Source: Hormiphora californensis | Lineage: Eukaryota; Animalia; Ctenophora | Length of the DNA: 64,000 bases | Direction of reading: 5' to 3' | Assembly: GCA_020137815.1 (NCBI GenBank) | Contig: CM035353.1 | Location: 4,464,001 to 4,528,000 of the forward strand | Shown here: one piece after another, positions 1 through 11,987 of the stretch | Position numbering within the stretch: the first letter of the stretch is position 1 | How the letters are laid out: each line of letters starts with the position of its first letter | The notes under the pieces: model-generated | Told to the model about the DNA's origin: nothing | Databases searched by the model: none | What the model saw: the letters and a program-made list of their open reading frames with translations, nothing else | Program-made: the position numbers and the translations under genes

Positions 1-417
1 AGATGTTTTAATTATTTATTTAATAGATATTTTAATTATTTATTACGACACAAAAGAATTCCGTTATTCTCAGATAATATGATATGCCTGAACCTAGACC
101 CAACATGAAAGATTTTGTTCCTGAAGAGATCGGTTGTCCTGAATGTGGGTGCACAAAGCTTGATCGGTGTCCACAATGAGGGAAACATTTTTCACACTGA
201 TAAAAAAGTTACTGGTAATATAATAAGAGTTGTGAGTCCGCGATGAGGAGGCAGAAGCTGGCCTACGATAAGAAAGGAGGGTTCCACACAACCTACGAAG
301 TGGGAGATAAAGCTCTAGTATGGAAGCCACTACCGCCAACCATTACCGCCAGTTTAGAACACGATTCTCTGGACCCCGGACGGTACAACAGGTCTTATCA
401 TAGCCCTGGTTCAGTGT

Positions 418-696
418 TGTAAGCTAAAAATTGTACTCGACAAACCCATTGTATGTGGTTTCATGGTACTGGAGAACGCGAAATTTACCATGCATAATAT
501 GTGGTATAATGTCCTGAAGGTCCGTTATGGAGACAAAATAACCCTATTGCTCAGTGACACAGACAGTTTTATATATTCGGTAAAAACTGAGGATGGTTAT
601 CGTGACTTGTTTTACATGAGGGACATAATGGACTTGGCAGAATATGATCCAGGAACACCCAATTGGGTATTTACCATGTATATACCTACCAACTAA
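418..696 (+). pseudogene. Fragment of protein-primed family B DNA polymerase (Polinton/Maverick/adintovirus type)
   Basis: In-frame translation KIVLDKPIVCGFMVLENAKFTMHNMWYNVLKVRYGDKITLLLSDTDSFIYSVKTEDGYRD shows the KP-x-x-x-GF-x-x-LE...DTDS (motif C) region of pPolB; truncated on both sides. Confidence 0.85.
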
Positions 697-699
697 GAA

Positions 700-1453
700 A
701 TGACGACATAACACTGGAAAAGTCATTGTGACCCATTTCGATTCTATAAGGAAAGTTCCCTGAACTTCCCAAGAATCTGTGGAGAGAGTGCAGAACAATA
801 TCGATATGTAGAATACGAAGACGGGTATGTTAACTATAACAATTCAGTTTTTTCACAATTCCGTTTATGGAGATGGTAATTAATGCATGCAGGCAGTTGG
901 TACCCCACTATCGAGAATTTTTGGGACTCTTAGTGGGGGTACAGTGTACACACATTAAATACAATATAGATTTAATTTCAAGCGCTACTAAAGCTTACCT
1001 AGCTATGAAAAACTTTGATTTCGCGTCAAACATGTCTTGTGTGCGGTGTGGATTTTACCCGGCAGTTCTAATATATGATGGGCATACAATTACATTAAGG
1101 CAGCTTTTGATTTTAAGCATAATGCACATTTATACTTGGAATTTTGTACAGAAAACAGCAGTTACGAAGATTTTGAGGAGATGTTGACAGCAGCAAACAA
1201 AGCTGACGTTTGTAGAGCCTATCTGCCCAGAGATGACCAGCTGCCGATAAACTTCAAACAATTCAAAGTCAAACTAGCGTCATCTCTTCCTCCTCTCATT
1301 TGTCCACAAAATAGCGAGAAAAATTTAGAGAAATTCATACGGGGTCAGTTAATGAAAGATAAACATTTAGGAAAAGATAAGGAACTACATACCAGTGAAA
1401 AGGTCAAAGCTAGAAAAATTCTTGAGTCCAAGCACAGGTCAGCTATCAATTAG
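700..1453 (+). pseudogene. Frameshifted fragment of a KDZ (Kyakuja-Dileera-Zisupton)/HMGXB3-like CxC transposase
   Basis: YVNYNN...KAYLAMKNFDFASNMSCVRCGFYPAVLIYDG resembles the CxxCG-x-x-P-x-x-x-x-x-DG segment preceding the KDZ catalytic domain; partial duplicate at ~4453-4655. Confidence 0.55.
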
Positions 1454-1459
1454 GGCCTC

Positions 1460-1640
1460 TGACCTAATATAGTTGATCTAAGATGAATTGATAAACAATA
1501 TGCTAGGTAATGATGGTTATATAATATACCAAGAATTTACGGTACAATTGGTGACATAGACACCTGGTGACACCTGTGTCTATGTCACCAATTACGGTAC
1601 CATGCAGAGAGCACGACGAAAAAACAGAACATAAGAACAG
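1460..1640. repeat. Local dispersed repeat family A, copy 1
   Basis: tgacctaata..gttgatctaagatgaattgataaacaat...ttacggtaccatgcagagagcacg; homologous to 3043-3300, 3612-4452, 4843-5135. Confidence 0.9.
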
Positions 1641-2200
1641 AGATGACCTGAGACATTAAGCACCGTGCACTGGAGCTGATATCGCGCCACATCCCTCGGG
1701 CATGTGCCCAGGGGTGTGGTGAGATGGTTTCCGGGGACGCAGATTATCAACGGGAGCACGCCTGGCGTTGCACTCATCGAGAAGTACAATGCCCGCTTTG
1801 TTTAACAGCACACCCCCGTGTTGAGTTGGAAAGTCATATCCGGACCGCACACGACATTACCAGCATACCCCGGAATGTGGCGGCTGTGAAAATCTTGGGT
1901 GAGCAGACAGGAACGGTACTGCTGATTATGGGAGCCCCTACTCGTGTCTTAATCAGGGTAGGCAGGAAGGAGGAGTGGCTTGACTCAGCACCGAGCGATG
2001 TTGTCTCCGCCACCATGCTGGACAATGACTGTGGAGGAGGGTGGACCTTGGGGGTAGGTGGCTCTGGGCACCCGCTCAGGTATGCTGAGATTAGAGTTGG
2101 AGGCTTCGGGGAGAGGTTGCTGATACCGCACCAGAAGCACCCCGGACCGTTGACTTTCTGTCTAGTGAACTCGGTGGTTGCCCCCGTGGTGCCCTTGTAA
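1641..2200 (+). pseudogene. SINA/SIAH-like TRAF-type zinc-finger fragment (RING lost)
   Basis: CAQGCGEMVSGDADYQREHAWRCTHREVQCPLCLTAHPRVELESHIRTAH; paralogous to 2760-2990. Confidence 0.75.
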
Positions 2201-2593
2201 ATGTCCGTTGTGTGTGTGTGTGTGGTGTTGTGGTTCTCCACGGGCATGTGCCCTGGAAATCGCAGCAACACACTCATACCACCCTGTGTATGTGCCTATC
2301 CCTGTGTGTATGTATAGTGTATCTCCATGTATATCTACCTGCGTATTGTTTTAAATAGAAGTATGTTATAGCAGCTCTTTTAACCCTCAGCAGGCCACTA
2401 GTCGTAAGACTCCCTGTGTCCCACCCCCTTTTGAGCGCTTTGTAATTAAGTTGTAACTAGCTGCGAGTTATTGTTTGTAATGCTAGTAGTTTAATGTATC
2501 TTTATCTTGCTTTGCGTATATTTAGTAAATTGATATGCTATGTCTTTATGTGTTTGTTTGTTTGTTTACCTATATGTTACCCTTGTTGCAGTC

Positions 2594-2990
2594 ATGGCAT
2601 CAACAGTCAACATGGATTTCCTCAAGGACACACTCACGTGCCCCGTTTGTTTTGACCTGTGTGGAGTGGATATGGTCTCGTGCAGAGTAGGCCATCTACT
2701 TTGCGACAAGTGTTCCCGTTCTCTATAGCTACTTTCCTTTGTCCGGTGTGTAGAACAGCGATGACCCGAGAAGTTAAGCACCGTACACTGGAGCTGATAT
2801 TGCGCCACATCCCTCGGGCATGTGCCCAGGGGTGTGGTGAGATGGTCTCCGGGGAGGCAGATGATCAGAGGGAGCACGCCTGGCGTTGAAATCATCGGGA
2901 AGTACAATGCCCTCTTTGTTTGACAGCACACCACCGTGTTGAGTTGGAAAATCATATAAGGACTGCACACGACATCACTTGCATTCCCCG
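2594..2990 (+). pseudogene. SINA/SIAH-like RING E3 ligase pseudogene (RING plus TRAF-type zinc finger)
   Basis: LTCPVCFDLC..SCRVGHLLCDKC..(frameshift)..CPVCRTAM..HRTLELIL..CAQGC..EH..C..CPLC..H..H; frameshift near 2726 and stop at 2887-2889. Confidence 0.8.
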
Positions 2991-3042
2991 TAAATGAATT
3001 GTCCAGAATGTTTGTTGGAATTCGATAGTTCACAATTATCTT

Positions 3043-3300
3043 TGACCTAATAATTGATCTAAGATGAATTGATAAACAATGTGTTAGATAATGATGGTTA
3101 TATAATATACCATGAATTTACGGTACTTGGTGACATAGAAACCTGTGCGGGGGTCGCGTCAGGTGTCTATGTCACCAATTACGGTACCATGTAGAGAACA
3201 CGAGGCAAGAACAGAACATAAAAACAGAACAAAGAATAGAAACAATTGTCGGAGACTGACTGACACGCGGGTCAATTGTCAACGAAACCACGCCTCGGAA
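3043..3300. repeat. Local dispersed repeat family A, copy 2
   Basis: Aligns by eye with 1460-1640 and 4843-5135. Confidence 0.9.
3127..3178. mobile_element. 52-bp hairpin MITE, TTGGTG...CACCAA termini, 9-bp TSD (Mutator-like)
   Basis: TIR ttggtgacataga/tctatgtcaccaa; TTACGGTAC duplicated at 3118-3126 and 3179-3187; variants at 1548-1591 and 4352-4380. Confidence 0.7.
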
Positions 3301-3409
3301 GGGAAATCATAGGACACAATTACTCAAAGACAGGCAGAAAGACCTTCAAGATCTGCTCAATCAATCCAAATCCTCCAACATTCTAGCTCCTGCACTTATT
3401 AACTCAGAC

Positions 3410-3600
3410 ATGTCATCAGCTCTCCGTGCAGTGACCTCAACGCATCAGACCTACGAGCTACTATCCAACTTTCTGGCAAACAGATATCCGTTACTATCAT
3501 ACCTCTACAAGATAGGGGCAACCACGTCAGAGACCTGCCGTTACTGCAACATTGGCCCCGAATCGAACTTCCACATTTTGTTTGTTGGGATATCGATATG
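3410..3600 (+). pseudogene. Non-LTR retrotransposon ORF2 C-terminal zinc-knuckle fragment
   Basis: LLSYLYKIGATTSETCRYCNIGPESNFHILF matches the CxxC...E-x-x-x-H LINE C-terminal motif. Confidence 0.75.
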
Positions 3601-3611
3601 CAGAATATGAA

Positions 3612-4452
3612 GACCTAATAGTTGATCTAAGATGAATTGATAAACAATATTCTAGATAATGATGGTTATATATACCCTGCTAACTTAAATAACCCGCCAG
3701 TCCCACTAGCGCGCTCTCAATAAACAGCCAGTCCAGCGGCAGATTATTTCCCACTGGCAGGTTATTTATTTTGAACATTCAAAGTGTGTGTAAATGATCA
3801 GTTCTTACTAAAATACAGAGGGAACACTATGTGCAACACTTACACACTACATTGGAGAGAAAGAAAGGACACATTCCGTCAATTACTCTCTCTTTATCTC
3901 CCCTTTTGTCTCACTATCTCTTCCTCTGTGTTATGTGTGACATGCCCCTTATCAGGCTATTTCTTTCACTCTCTTTCCTTAGCAACTGCTTAGTAACTGT
4001 TACCAAACAGTGTACACTCAATTGTGAGGTGTTTTAACTATTTCTCAGTCCTCTTTGAGTGTTTTGATTAGTGTTCTCTCTCTTGTTGGTGTGTAATACT
4101 TGAAATAAACAACTAAAGCAGGGTATATAACCTATAAACTCTGACCACTGGCACGTTATAGGTTTAAACCCCTCCGCCTCTCCCTCGGCTCCGCCTCGGG
4201 ATCGTCGTCGTGATTTAAACCAGTTTATCCGCCAGCGGCGGATAAACTTCAGCTAACTTCTCCCAGCGGCGCGCTGGGAGAAAGTTATCTGAAATAACGC
4301 GCCAGTGGCCAGAGTTTATACCTCATATAATATACCATGAATTTACGGTACTTGGTGACGTCAGGTGTTTATGTCACCAATTACGGTACCATGCAGAGAG
4401 CACGAGGAAAGAACGGAACATAAGAACAGAACGAAGAGTAGAAACTAATTTT
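3612..4452. repeat. Repeat family A, copy 3, interrupted by two adjacent TIR MITEs (~3671-4128 and 4133-4320)
   Basis: Empty site gatggttatataatatacc is present in copies 1 and 2; inverted termini tataccctgct/agcagggtata and tataaactctgaccactggcacgttat/ataacgcgccagtggccagagtttata. Confidence 0.8.
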
Positions 4453-4842
4453 CTATAACAATTCAGTTTTTTCACAATTCCGTTTATGGAGATGGTAATT
4501 AATGGGCAGTTGGTACCAGTTACTATCGAGATTTTTTGGGACTCTTAGTGGGGGTACACACATAAAATATAATTTAGATTTAATTTCAAGCGCTACTAAA
4601 GCTTACCTCGCTATGAAAAACATGGATAAACGTTTAGGAAAAGATATGGAACTAGTTCGAAAAGAATGTACTGTACTAGTAAATAGTAATCGGGTCATAT
4701 CAACTGCCGGGGTAAAAAACAAATGATTGCCCGGCTTCTAGAAGACAGTGACGAAGTTCACAGCAGCATTAGGAAAAATCTTGTAAATTCAAAGGGAAAG
4801 TCCGACGTGGTACATATAGTACGAGGGATTTGATTATATAGC

Positions 4843-5135
4843 TGACCTAATAGTTGGTCTAATCTAAGTTGATAAACAATGTGCAAGGTAAAGATGTTCA
4901 AAATGTACATTGTACCAAGAAATTACGGTAACAATGAGGGAAAACAGTCGTGTCTGAACCTCAGGTCTATGTGGAAAATAGCCGTGGCCTAAACCTGGGG
5001 TTCAGGCACAACTGCATGTTATCTCTCATAAGAATAGAACATATAGAAAAAACATAGAACATAGCAAAGAATAGAAACTAATTTTCGGAGACTGACTGAC
5101 ACGCGGGCCAATTGTCAACGAAACCACGCCTCGGA
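4843..5135. repeat. Repeat family A, copy 4 (most diverged; lacks the TTGGTG hairpin, has a different hairpin)
   Basis: Same left boundary tgacctaatagttg and shared cggagactgactgacacgcggg...aaaccacgcctcggaa block with copy 2. Confidence 0.8.
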
Positions 5136-7466
5136 AATATAACCCCTCGGGGGCCGCGGTGTAACTTGAGAGAGCTGAGATTCGGAACAAATCGAATCTC
5201 ACAAAGTGAGAACAATGAGACACAAATTAGAGGGGTAGCTAGCTGAGGGGCGTGCGTGAGAAGGAGAAAGAGAGATCAAACAAAGAAAGAGAGAAGGAAA
5301 GAGAGAGAATTAGAGAGATCAAGCAAAAAGAGGGAGAGAGTTTGTGGTAGCTAGGCGAGAGAGTTAAAATCTAGCTAGGCGAGGTAGGGAGTCGATGCAA
5401 CCCTTATATAGAATAAAGACCCTTATTATTCCATATAAGTGGAGAAAATAAGAGACTGTATGGCACTTATATGGCCACAGCTAGCAGCTGCTGCAGCTAT
5501 AACTGGCATCTTTGAAACAACCACGACCCTTCCTCCACTTTAGTTCACTAAAAAGAAAGTTCAATTCATGATAGGTACGTAATAAAAAAGATTCTTATTT
5601 TAAGAATGGCAAGAGAAAGCGATATTTAGATTGAGATAAAAAATATAATATTTTGACGTCTGTCTGACTGCGACGATGGAAAGCATCAATTTTAGCAGAG
5701 CTAGACAAGAATTTCTAGCCAACACTCCTGACAGACCAAAAACTTCCAGAAGCCAACTCATTCGGGCCAATATCTGGATTACTCGTCACACTGCCCCATG
5801 CAGATCAAGCACAACATTATCACCACCGAGACCAACTGGATCCTGGGCCTTTGCTCTAGTCCGGAGAGAGCTTGGCCTCACCTAGAGACACTGAGAACGA
5901 ACCTGCTCTGGCTACCCGGCTAATCTGGTCTAATAGGTATTTAGATTGCGAAGGTGGTCTGGAGACCATAAACTGACAACTACACAACCTCAGATGTAAC
6001 GACAGCAGCCCGCTAAAGAATAGGGTTGAACCGTTAGCCAGCTGTAGAATTCTACCGAATCATCTACTAAGGTAACTTGACTGGCTCGACTCTACAAACT
6101 ACAACATTTGCATTGTGGACACAGTACATTGTGCACACAGTGCGACAGCAATTAGTTATATAATCACGTTTCCATAAATATTTATTCCTTATTTAATGCA
6201 ATGTTATTATATATTTCTACATTTTACAAGGGTTACTGCCTATACAGGGCCCTGCAGGGTACGGTTACAGAGGTGAACCAATGAGTTGAGTCAGCGACAA
6301 GTAGTCTAACTGAAGTTAGTGTTGTTATAAGGAAAGTCAGGAGATGATCATGATAGAAAAAGTCTAAAAGGTTACCCTGAAAACCCCACTAAGGAGAGCA
6401 TTTTGGAACCCCCGGCGGGACACCATTCGACACCAGTGAGACCTACTTAAACCTCTGAACCCTTACCGAAGTTAAGTTAGTGTGGTTAGGAAAGTCAAGA
6501 GATTCAGAGAGTACAGTTCGACAGTAGGATCAATCTCCAGTGTATTACGGTAGTCAAGATTGGAGAGCGGTTCAGAGCCCTATTTTGTGCTCACGTGAGT
6601 CTCTACCACGAAGCGATAGAACTTGACAATACATTAAGGAAATCGGAACTACCTTTATTAATGTGGCACCGAGATATAATTAATAACAACGAACTAATAT
6701 AATTGTATTTTGGACGCAAACATAACTAAATATAATTAAATAGTTTCAACGTTATTTGCTAGATATCCAAGTTATCAAGCTTTCAACAGAACGTGCAATC
6801 ACAAGTATCAAACCCCCACAACTAAGTCCAGCAGCTCAAACAATACAATAATGGTGCTGTGACGGCCCTATACTGCATCACATGGGATACACACATGGAA
6901 GGAATATTGCGGCATCGAGTGCCACTCCTACAAAGGATCGGGTGGCCGATTAACTCAGTCAGATCGGATCACAGTTAGTAATCCCAATACCCTCATTAAA
7001 CGTCACGAATTATACCCACGGTTGGAAACCCGACACATTGACGATGTGAATTGAGTATTAGTTGAGTAGAATTAGATAGCTAATTAGGTAGTAATTGAAA
7101 CCCCACTACGAAGTTACTCCTCCCTTGCACTTGTAGAGAGGGAGAAGGGAGGGTAAGATAACGGAAACTCGGTACCAATACACATCAAAAATAGTCATAA
7201 GCGGCCCCGGTGTAAATCTGCACTCACAGTCAACTCGAGACTACTCAAAAACTTGGGTATGGTAAATAAACTGATGAAATTCTAAATCGAATTCAGTAAA
7301 ATTTTTCAGGACAAATTGCTGTAATCATTTTAGTTTTAATTTTAATATTTCTTCAGAAGGTAATCCGTTAGAAGCAAGGAAAAAAGCCCAGAAGATCTTG
7401 CACGCTGAATTGACCAAGAGAGAGATCTACTGAGATATTTCATTGATCAATTAGATATGTGAATAA

Positions 7467-7604
7467 CACCCTCCCGAGGGGCTACCAAAAGGGCCGAATT
7501 ACGCCTTTGAGGCGTAATTCTGCGGCGTAATTCGGCCTCAGAATTCAGCCTAAAAGGCGTAATTCGGCCTAAATTTGCAGAATTCTGCCCATGGAAAAAG
7601 GGTG
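7467..7604. mobile_element. 138-bp MITE, CACCCT...AGGGTG termini with TAA TSD (CMC/Chapaev3-like)
   Basis: taa|caccct ... agggtg|taa; internal inverted ggccgaattacgcctt/aaggcgtaattcggcc. Confidence 0.6.
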
Positions 7605-7654
7605 TAAGGGTTGGTAACGGAATAAGAAGTTACCACTCCCTTGCACTTGCAGAG

Positions 7655-7727
7655 AGGGAGAAGGGAAGGTAAGGGAGGGTAAGGGAGGGTAAGGGAGGGC
7701 AAGGGAGGGCAAGGGGGGAGGGGTAAG
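7655..7727. repeat. 10-bp G-rich minisatellite (AAGGGAGGGT)n
   Basis: Visible tandem copies. Confidence 0.85.
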
Positions 7728-9619
7728 GTTGGGTACTCCGTACCACCTCAGGACACATCTAAAGGACTATATTGAGCTCGATGGCGTGGCATCCTCAATT
7801 TTTCCTCGACCGAAAAGTACTATACCTGCAGCAGTACATGCAAACGAGGTACTGGACCTGATCACAACAGAATTGGGACAGAGATTCGACTGGGGGACCC
7901 TGAAGTACCTGAGGGACCTGGAGACATTTATAATCTCCTCTGTTGCCCACTATTATATGATCCAGAAATAACAGCTGAATTTTGAGTGAGCGTTTTCCTA
8001 AATTGAAAAGAGACGTTAACTTTCAGAAACTTTTGTCCGAGCTGTGTTCCGGATTCATTTAAAGAGAATTCTGTGACAATTTCCTGACATTTAAAAAATC
8101 ACATTGATGGATACTGTCTTTGATAGCATGAACCAATTGGACATGCATTGAAGTCAATTTTATACTAGCTTTATTACCATAAAAAACAATTCATTATTAT
8201 GCTTTTGGAACAGGGGCCCTAATTTCGATGTAAACTGAGTATTGAGTAAGTTGAACAGATATTGAGATTGCTATAATTATAGTAATTGAAACCCCACCGG
8301 GTTGCATGGAATACGAATCACCCGGTCCTCGGTCCTCAAAAACATTCCTTCAAGTGCTGAGAGATCTGGACCGTACCCGTGGGATAAATTCAGTCAGACT
8401 TTGGTCAGACTGTGCCGTTGAGTGATGACAGTTCTTGTCACCTATATCGGCAGCACGAAACTTTAATGAAATGAATTGTTTTCATGAAAAAGCACTCAAT
8501 TACAGAGCTCTAACTTGTCACTGGAGGAAGAAATATCAAAAGACCTGCCAAAGTCATAGAGACCCAGTTCAATGGCTGAAAAGAACCGGAACACCTCACT
8601 TACGTAGTAATTAGTATAATATTTAGAGAATATATACCAGTTATTATAAAAAACACGGCATGTACATGTGAAGGAATTGTAGAGACTTGGATATTTTGTT
8701 GTTCGAACAATATAGCATTTTATGTAACACGTGACCTGATCGAACAGTGAGAGAGAGAGAGAAAAAGTTTACTTCACTTTTCCAATACCACTTTATCTTT
8801 AGCTTAAAAACAGATTGTTTAGATACTGTGATGGGAGATATTACGGGAGATGGGCATGCCACTACACATGTGCCATAACAGGTGCTTAAGATCCTGTCTC
8901 ATAAAGAGTTTCTACCTTTCTTGAATTATGTCCTCAAGAGAAAGTTAGCTGGCGTCGAAAAGGTATCTGACGAGATTTTATCGCCACCAATGAACTATGC
9001 AATCACAAGTTTTGTAGGAATTGAATTCAAAATTTGCCCACAATTACTACCTAAATTGTATAATTAGAGAATACTATTAGAAACACACGGCCTGTACTCC
9101 GAGCCAGGCCATATCTTATCGGACGGCTCTGGCTAGAAAGATGGTAGGATGTACATGGAGGTAGAAATATCAGCTGTTAATAAATAATAAGGGTCCTAAC
9201 CCTCGTGACCACAGAGTTATATCGCTTGCTAACTGCATGTCTGGAACAGGGTCTGGGAATCCTTCATATCAAACCGGAAGATTCACATAGAATTGTTCGG
9301 TAGTACGACAATGGATGGAAAGATGGACGGTCACAGAGAGCAAGTGGGATGATTTAACACTTTGATGGACTGGAAGAGGGAAAGATTCGAGAATAGAAGA
9401 CTGTGTTTCTCGATATACGTGGTGCGTTTGATAACAGATCAGTGTACTGAATGTTCAGAATTTACAACAACAAACAATTTTCGAAGCAGTTCTGCCCGGC
9501 TCCAGGGTTATTGGGCATATATTGGACTTCATTGACGTCATTCAACTCAACTGTAACACCAGCCACTCAGCTCTTGTGGATGTTGACTCCAAATCCATTC
9601 TCTTGGCAACGTTGGCAGC

Positions 9620-9770
9620 GGGAGGAGCAGGAGAAGCTTTTGAAATCCACCTTGTGGAGCGGCGTCCGTGACGACCGGATAGCCAGCGAAATAGCAGAAG
9701 CAATTGACCAGGAGGCGTTCACGACCCTGTTAGAGCTAATGGACCGAAAAGAAAAGGCCCAGGCGGCACG
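9620..9770 (+). pseudogene. LTR-retrotransposon gag (capsid C-terminal) fragment
   Basis: EKLLKSTLWSGVRDDRIASEIAE..FTTLLELMDRKEKAQAAR, paralogous to the gag fragment at 43480-43960. Confidence 0.7.
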
Positions 9771-10011
9771 GGGGACAAGAAAGATGGTACGACTTACATT
9801 GAAGTGAAATATCAGGTGTTGATTATAAATAAATAAGGGAATAAATGAATATATGAAGATTCACATGAAACTGTAGGGGAATAATTCAACAGTACGACAA
9901 TGTATATATGGAAAGATGGACGGTCACAGAGAGCGAGTGGGAAGATTTATAACACTGTGATGGACTGGATGAGGGAAGGATTTGGCCAAAATGTTCTATC
10001 TAGAATAGAAG

Positions 10012-10048
10012 ACTGTGTTTCTCGATATACGTGGTGCGTTTGATAACC
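10012..10048 (+). pseudogene. Tiny non-LTR reverse-transcriptase motif fragment (VFLDIRGAFDN)
   Basis: LD-x-x-x-AFD RT motif; same sequence at ~9403-9434 and ~11539-11567. Confidence 0.6.
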
Positions 10049-10439
10049 GGCTTAAAGTTTCAATCCCTCACAACGGTGGTGACCAGCTGTCATCTTCAAC
10101 GACTATATCTACTCCCACAACAGGCAGGAGTGAACCGATCCCGTTTATTCCTGTCCCCGAACCCTACCCGCAGATCCCTGTGATGTCCCCGGAGCCGATA
10201 GAGAAAGTACCTCCCCTGTGGTGCGATTGCTTGGAGCTCATACCGGAACTGGAGAAGATTACCTGGCGAGCTCTGGACACCAAACGGTTCTATGCTTGGC
10301 CCTTGATAGTCCGGCTAATCGACACTGTTTCAGAAGCCCGAACCAGCTGGGCCATGGAGCACTCTATGGATACGAGAGCTCATTGGCAGCATTTCATAAA
10401 CTCGGATAGAAGGGAGATTCTGGTGAGGTTCCGAGAAAG

Positions 10440-10545
10440 CTCGTATCTGGCATATTTCCGGCTTTGGAGTACACAAAACATATCGTTCACCAAACTCGGA
10501 AATGAACGTTGTGAAACGTGTGTAGAATGGGGTATCCACCTTGGC
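10440..10545 (+). pseudogene. Probable DNA-transposase fragment (NISF...C-x-x-C motif, possibly Sola-like)
   Basis: YFRLWSTQNISFTKLGNERCETC resembles a motif I recall from invertebrate transposase-like proteins; family assignment uncertain. Confidence 0.4.
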
Positions 10546-11987
10546 GAGGAGATTCAGATACCCAGCGGAGATGATGATGCGGATTCTTAGCCTACTAGTG
10601 CCCCACCCTCACTAGAATCAATCGCTCGGGAAGGGAAAGCAGTATAGTTAAAAAGTAATATTATCTTAGTAGTAAAACACAAGCTGTCCAGACCAACTCT
10701 GTTTGATGGGACCATGGGGGCTCCTGCCCGGGCGGAGACTTTACCGTCAAAAAGATTTGGATTCGTTTTGTAATTTTCAGCGAAACGACGGATGAAGGAT
10801 ATGTAATTTCAACTGACTTCTGTGGTCAGGTTCAGGACGGAGATGGAGGAAGCCAGACTACTTCCAAGCCCACACACGGAGGCCAAGAGAAGATGTTATG
10901 GCAACATGGATCATAAGTTCCTAATATTCATCGAAGAGGGGGAAATGAAGGGCGCTGGAGCGAGGAAACCAGACAACGTTTGGGTAACAGAAGCAAAGCA
11001 AGATGACGTGACAAACCGCCTCCGGTTCCTGGCACGAGAGTCGGACATCCGATCAAGGGTGGTGAAATCCTTGATTGCGTACCCAGCCAGGCCAGGACTG
11101 AAGGAAGCAAGCAGGACACTCCTGCAGAAGGAGGCTAGTCGGCTCAGACAGGAAATCGAACTGGGAGACGACGCCAGCATAATCAACCGATCATGGCTCG
11201 AAAATAGAGGACGACACGGTGGGTTGTGCCTGGGCTCGCTACCACAGAGGACAGCCACCGACCACAGAGCGTCTAAAGTTGAGTGCAGTAGGAACTATAC
11301 AGTATACCAATGATGGCCATTCAGAAGAGTATGCTAGCAAAGTCGTGCCTGAACCTCAGGCCACGGCTGCTTTCCTCCAAAGGAACGATTTATTTTAATT
11401 CGTATTTTTTATCTCACCCGTATTTATACCCTACCCCGTTATTTTATATGAACATATAAAGCTCAGCTTGACATGCTTCTTCTCTGCCATAAACCGTTAG
11501 AACAGGCAGATGGTTGGCTGAAAGTCTGTATATCAGAGTGTTTCTCGATATACGTGGTGCGTTATAACACATCAGTGAACTGAATTCGCTCGATGTGTGG
11601 GTACACGGCTCTAATCTATGAGAGACGCTTAAGAGTGTGTAAGATAGTTAAATCACATTGTCCTAATTACATACCATTACTAGCTGAAGAAGGGGCACAA
11701 CCCCGAAACGTTCGACCCAAACCACCGTATTTTGACTTTGTACTATGACTTCCCACGCCCCGGACGTGCATCCCCCTCCATACACAGTTATCATGCCATC
11801 CGCCTTTACAACTTAATATGAAGTATGTAAGAGACGGCAGGACACTCAATGAGCACTATACTACAACGCGTTTATATTGTGTGAGAGAGAAAAAAGACCA
11901 GGAATTAGCAGTAGTTAAATTGTTAACTAAATTCACCGACTACTATACATATGCAGGTCATCACGTGACCAAAACCTGGGCTCAATC

